Of a stretch of 49,934 nucleotides of DNA, positions 46,804-49,934 are shown piece after piece. The position numbers were made by a program, and so were the translations under genes. The DNA is from an uncultured Candidatus Bathyarchaeia archaeon. Lineage in GTDB: Archaea > Thermoproteota > Bathyarchaeia > Bathyarchaeales > Bathycorpusculaceae. The number at the start of each line of letters is the position of its first letter. Position 1 is the first letter of the stretch. The DNA lies in contig CAZRXM010000002.1 in NCBI GenBank assembly GCA_964604045.1, forward strand, positions 1 to 49,934, in the 5' to 3' direction. The notes beneath the pieces were generated by a model. The model saw nothing but the letters and a program-made list of their open reading frames with translations, was not told the origin of the DNA and made no database searches.

Positions 46804-47100
46804 TTAGAACAGTTCTCTCTCGCCTATTTTTCGGAGAGCCCTTCCTCGAAGCTTTATCCCCGGACCAACGACTTCTTCGGGCTGTTTTTCCACAGTTTTT
46901 CTTTTAACGGTTTCGCCACAAACCCCCCTTGGCAAGAGCCTTCTTTTAACGCAGAGAGCGTATGAACAGTTGGTAGGGTTGCACATGTCTTCGGTCCATC
47001 TGCACCAGACACCGTCTCGCCGGAAAATGGCAGCATTTTTGCCGCACTTAAACAGTTCACATTTGGGAGAACACATTTTCGCTTGCGCCAAGGACGACAC
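46804..47100 (-). CDS. Small Cys-rich protein (8 Cys), unknown function
   Basis: 98-aa ORF (or 90 aa from the second Met); spacing C-x3-C-x4-C-x13-C-x6-C-x4-C-x4-C-x10-C followed by a basic tail; a second overlapping frame (46854-47102) is less protein-like. Confidence 0.5.
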   Translation of the reverse strand: MSSLAQAKMCSPKCELFKCGKNAAIFRRDGVWCRWTEDMCNPTNCSYALCVKRRLLPRGVCGETVKRKTVEKQPEEVVGPGIKLRGRALRKIGERELF

Positions 47101-47199
47101 AACCCTAGACTCTTCTAAAACTGCCTACACACTTTATTTGAGAGGAAATTCTCAAAAACGGTATAAAGCTTTTTCTGAAGCTAAAATCTTATTCAACCT

Positions 47200-49296
47200 C
47201 TAGCTTGTTTTTCCATTCTTTAACCGTTTCCTTCTCATGGAAACCTCTATCAAAATTAGGAGAACTGCAAACGCCACAATTATGATTATCGTTGTGAACC
47301 ATGACGTTTCAAGGAGTAAACTGGCTAAAATCACGTATCTACCAACTTTAACCACTATCGGGTTTGCTTCGTCCCTCGCTTCGGTAATAGAGCATGTGAT
47401 TGTTGATTCTGGCTGTTGGCCCGATAAGTAGACCTTTATCGTCAGAGTTCCGCCGATCTCCGTGAAGCCAACAACACCATTGCTTCCGGTAAGTCCGGAG
47501 CCCATTAATACACCATTTCTCTCCAGAGTTACGTTTGCATTTGGGATTGGCTGTCCAAAGTAATCAACAACCTTAATGTGGATTGGTAAGTTGTATAGGC
47601 GGCAACAAATGGTTATACTTTTTTCCTCAAACAGTTCTGCTGTTGTTGTGTTTAGCAGAACCCCTTTGGAGTAAACTTTCACGCCATATAGGCCGAAGAG
47701 GCAGTTGAGGGAAACTCGACCCTCTTGATCCGTGTATCCAATATAACGCAGTCCACCCATCGCTTCTCGGGCTTCCACTAGGGCATTTGGTATGGGTGTT
47801 CCTTCGCCGTCAAGTACTGTTACCTGTAAGGCTTCAAGCGGGCAGATTATGGTTATGTTGTTCCATCCAACGGGCTTCAACCCGGTGAGGGTGTCATTGT
47901 TTAGGTTGAAGACCCTGCCGTAGCGGGAAGTCACAATTTTATAGGAATATGCATTCAAAATAAACGACTTGAACTCAGCGGAGCCGCCGATGTCAGTTTG
48001 GGAAATTATTGTTTCATTTTCAATTCTCCCTCCGTCCAAGTCCGTAATATATGTAATGGACAAGTTCAGCGTGACGAACGGGATTTTTAAGACGTCGTTT
48101 TGCTCGCCTACAACGGATACTTTCAAGTTTGTAAGTAGACATGTCAAGTTTAGTTTGGCTTCCTGGGTTATGGTGAACGAAGCGTTTCCCACACGAACAT
48201 TCTTGAAGTAGGCTGTGAAGTTGTATTCTCCCATTTCCAACTGTATGGTGGAGACACCTTCACTGTTGCTTATGGCATTGTAAGTCGTGTTAGCCCACTT
48301 GTCAAAAACCTTTAAAAGAACATTGGAAACAGGTTCTCCCGCGAGGTTTCTCGGTGTTATTTCGGTTTTGAAGCCTGGAACTGCGAAAACTTGAGTATCG
48401 TTAACCTTTTTGTTTTCTGGCTGTGGTTCTATGCTTAGGCTGTAATTTCCAATCAATGAATTATCTGGAACCGGCCAGTTCGCTTCCACAATGCCGTTTG
48501 AAACTGTGCAGTTAAAGCGGTCAACCGTTTTGTTTCCGAAAACAATAGTTATTGTCACATTTTTGCCGTTAAGCAGCTCATATCTGATGGCAACAATTTT
48601 TACTGTGTCGCGCCTATGATATTCTGTTTGGTCTGTCAGCCCTATGAAGAACCTGTCGGATGCGAGAGTCCCGTTAAAGGCAACAGTATAGAATCCAGTG
48701 TAGTTTGTGTGCGCGTTTCCCGAGAAGTTTTCCGGATATCTGATCAGTGTGGAGGCTTCTCCCTTATCCGTTGTGTTTAGGCTAGTAAGCGAGTAGTACG
48801 TTTCGTTTGCTGGTGTTTTAACTGTAATGTTGGCTATATAGGTTGTTTCCGCTCTGCCGCCGGATATGCTTATGGTGATGTTTATCGCTTTCGCGCCCTG
48901 TTGAAGTTGCCTTGGATGAGGTGGTTTGGCGATACTGACATGGTACGCTGTTTCAACATAAAACCATGATGTGGCGTTCATGTTCGCCACAACATCGCAC
49001 AGGGTTAAAGTGTAGTTTCCACTCGGCATAGAAGGTACTTTAAACGAAGAGTTCACATTGTTTCCAAAAGCATACCCGCTCGCGACTTGAATATTGCCAA
49101 GAAATACTTGGTACTCCCCGTTTGTGGTGTTTATTTTCCCAACGAGGTTAACAAGGTCTCCAACCCTACCGGTTTTTGGTGAAACAGACGTTATTTCAAC
49201 GTTTGCCGCGTGGGCTTGCGGTATAATTAACTGTAGGAATATTGTTAAAAAGGGCACCAATGTTAACGCAACTAAAGCCGCCGATTTTTTATTCAA
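47200..49296 (-). CDS. Large secreted, C-terminally membrane-anchored surface glycoprotein (S-layer/cell-surface candidate), TTG start
   Basis: 698 aa; signal peptide ending AHA-AN. Repeated beta-rich modules resemble Ig-like or carboxypeptidase-regulatory-like domains. About 26 N-x-S/T sequons by my count. C-terminal TM (WFTTIIIIVAFAVLLILI) is followed by RRKRLK. Confidence 0.75.
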   Translation of the reverse strand: MNKKSAALVALTLVPFLTIFLQLIIPQAHAANVEITSVSPKTGRVGDLVNLVGKINTTNGEYQVFLGNIQVASGYAFGNNVNSSFKVPSMPSGNYTLTLCDVVANMNATSWFYVETAYHVSIAKPPHPRQLQQGAKAINITISISGGRAETTYIANITVKTPANETYYSLTSLNTTDKGEASTLIRYPENFSGNAHTNYTGFYTVAFNGTLASDRFFIGLTDQTEYHRRDTVKIVAIRYELLNGKNVTITIVFGNKTVDRFNCTVSNGIVEANWPVPDNSLIGNYSLSIEPQPENKKVNDTQVFAVPGFKTEITPRNLAGEPVSNVLLKVFDKWANTTYNAISNSEGVSTIQLEMGEYNFTAYFKNVRVGNASFTITQEAKLNLTCLLTNLKVSVVGEQNDVLKIPFVTLNLSITYITDLDGGRIENETIISQTDIGGSAEFKSFILNAYSYKIVTSRYGRVFNLNNDTLTGLKPVGWNNITIICPLEALQVTVLDGEGTPIPNALVEAREAMGGLRYIGYTDQEGRVSLNCLFGLYGVKVYSKGVLLNTTTAELFEEKSITICCRLYNLPIHIKVVDYFGQPIPNANVTLERNGVLMGSGLTGSNGVVGFTEIGGTLTIKVYLSGQQPESTITCSITEARDEANPIVVKVGRYVILASLLLETSWFTTIIIIVAFAVLLILIEVSMRRKRLKNGKTS

Positions 49297-49445
49297 TTCC
49301 GCCGCACTCCAACTTCATCAATGAAACTTCGTGATGTGAAACATTTACTATCTGCGGGGCGTTTTAAACTTTACCTTTCCCGGACTTTAACCGCAAATCT
49401 TTTAGACGAAAAAAATCTCCAAAACGTGAAAGCTGGTGCTGTTTG

Positions 49446-49934
49446 ATGATCAACGAGATTTTGAGTTTAATTGAGAAACATGAACAGTGGCGTGGGAGAG
49501 AGTGCCTAAACTTTATCCCCTCGAAAATGTCATGAGCCCTGCTGTACGTAGTCTTTTGGCTTCAGACTTTGGGCATCGCTACACAGCTAGAGAACGCTTT
49601 TTACATGGGCACAAGGTTCATCGACGAAATCGAAGAGTATGGCGAGAAATTAGCGAAAGAAGTTTTGAAGCTGAAACTGTAGATCTGCGACCCTTTCCTG
49701 ACACATTGCAGACCTATTTTTTAGCGTCCTTCACGAAGCCTGGGGACACGCTTATGTGTATATCACTGGAGATGGCGGATATCCCGGTTTATGGATCGAC
49801 GGCTTGTCTGGACTTTTGAGTTTAAAAGTTTCCCCCATACCCTTCTCCAGGGAGGAAATGAAGGTTGAAATTGAAAGGGCTAGGGATGCTATAGTCCGTG
49901 TTAAGCCTAAAGCCTTGATTTTCGGGGGCAGCCT
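49446..49934 (+). pseudogene. glyA: Serine hydroxymethyltransferase-like gene, 5' part, multiple frameshifts (runs off window)
   Basis: N-terminus MINEILSLIEKHEQWR...LNFIPS, then ENVMSPAVRSLLASDFGHRYT in a second frame. FIDEIEEYGEKLAKEVFEAETVDLRP, KPGDT and KPKALIFGGS lie in further frames. ORF 49487-49819 is a mosaic of these. Confidence 0.7.

Noticed and set aside
49487-49819. 110-aa ORF near the window end.
   Set aside because: It is a mosaic of in-frame and out-of-frame segments of the SHMT-like pseudogene, not an independent gene.
1-49934. CRISPR arrays, IS elements, integrases or tRNA-flanking direct repeats marking an integrated element.
   Set aside because: No regularly spaced identical repeats, transposase or integrase-like ORFs were seen. 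I also found no second copy of the 3' halves of tRNA-Phe or tRNA-Leu by eye. This was an unaided visual scan, so short att-like repeats could have been missed.

Overview
This is a gene-dense archaeal chromosomal segment with mostly housekeeping content. No rRNA, CRISPR array, transposase or integrase was seen, and nothing here can be called a new system with confidence.

**Archaeal markers**
- Ribosomal proteins eS25, eS17, eS1 and uS15.
- An HMf-type histone, proteasome beta subunit and RNA polymerase subunit P.
- KEOPS subunits Kae1, Bud32 and Pcc1, a RecJ/GAN-like DHH protein, and Tsr3.
- Two tRNAs, Phe-GAA and Leu-GAG.

**Metabolic genes**
- NAD metabolism: nadC, NMN adenylyltransferase and nnr.
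- A glyoxylate reductase / glycerate 2-kinase / aminotransferase cluster.
- A four-subunit 2-oxoacid:ferredoxin oxidoreductase in delta-alpha-beta-gamma order.
- Glutamine synthetase with a divergent Lrp regulator, MoaD/MoaE and cbiM-PDGLE.
- A nucleotide-sugar cluster next to a large, sequon-rich surface protein.

Genes are tightly packed with many 4-20 nt start/stop overlaps. TTG and GTG starts are frequent.

**Most unusual signals**
1. A 0.94-kb gap (26378-27316) with no ORF of 60 aa or more holds a decayed ~373-bp tandem duplication that still shows peptide-level conservation.
2. A 0.63-kb gap (17713-18347) has a 135-codon frame broken by a single TAA.
3. Four accessory-enzyme genes each carry multiple frameshifts or a nonsense lesion, while all neighbouring genes are intact.
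4. An intact UDP-sugar dehydrogenase homolog appears to have lost its cofactor and catalytic motifs.
5. A perfect 12-bp inverted repeat abuts the cbiM ribosome-binding site.

All calls rest on reading the translations and motifs from memory. No database search was run.
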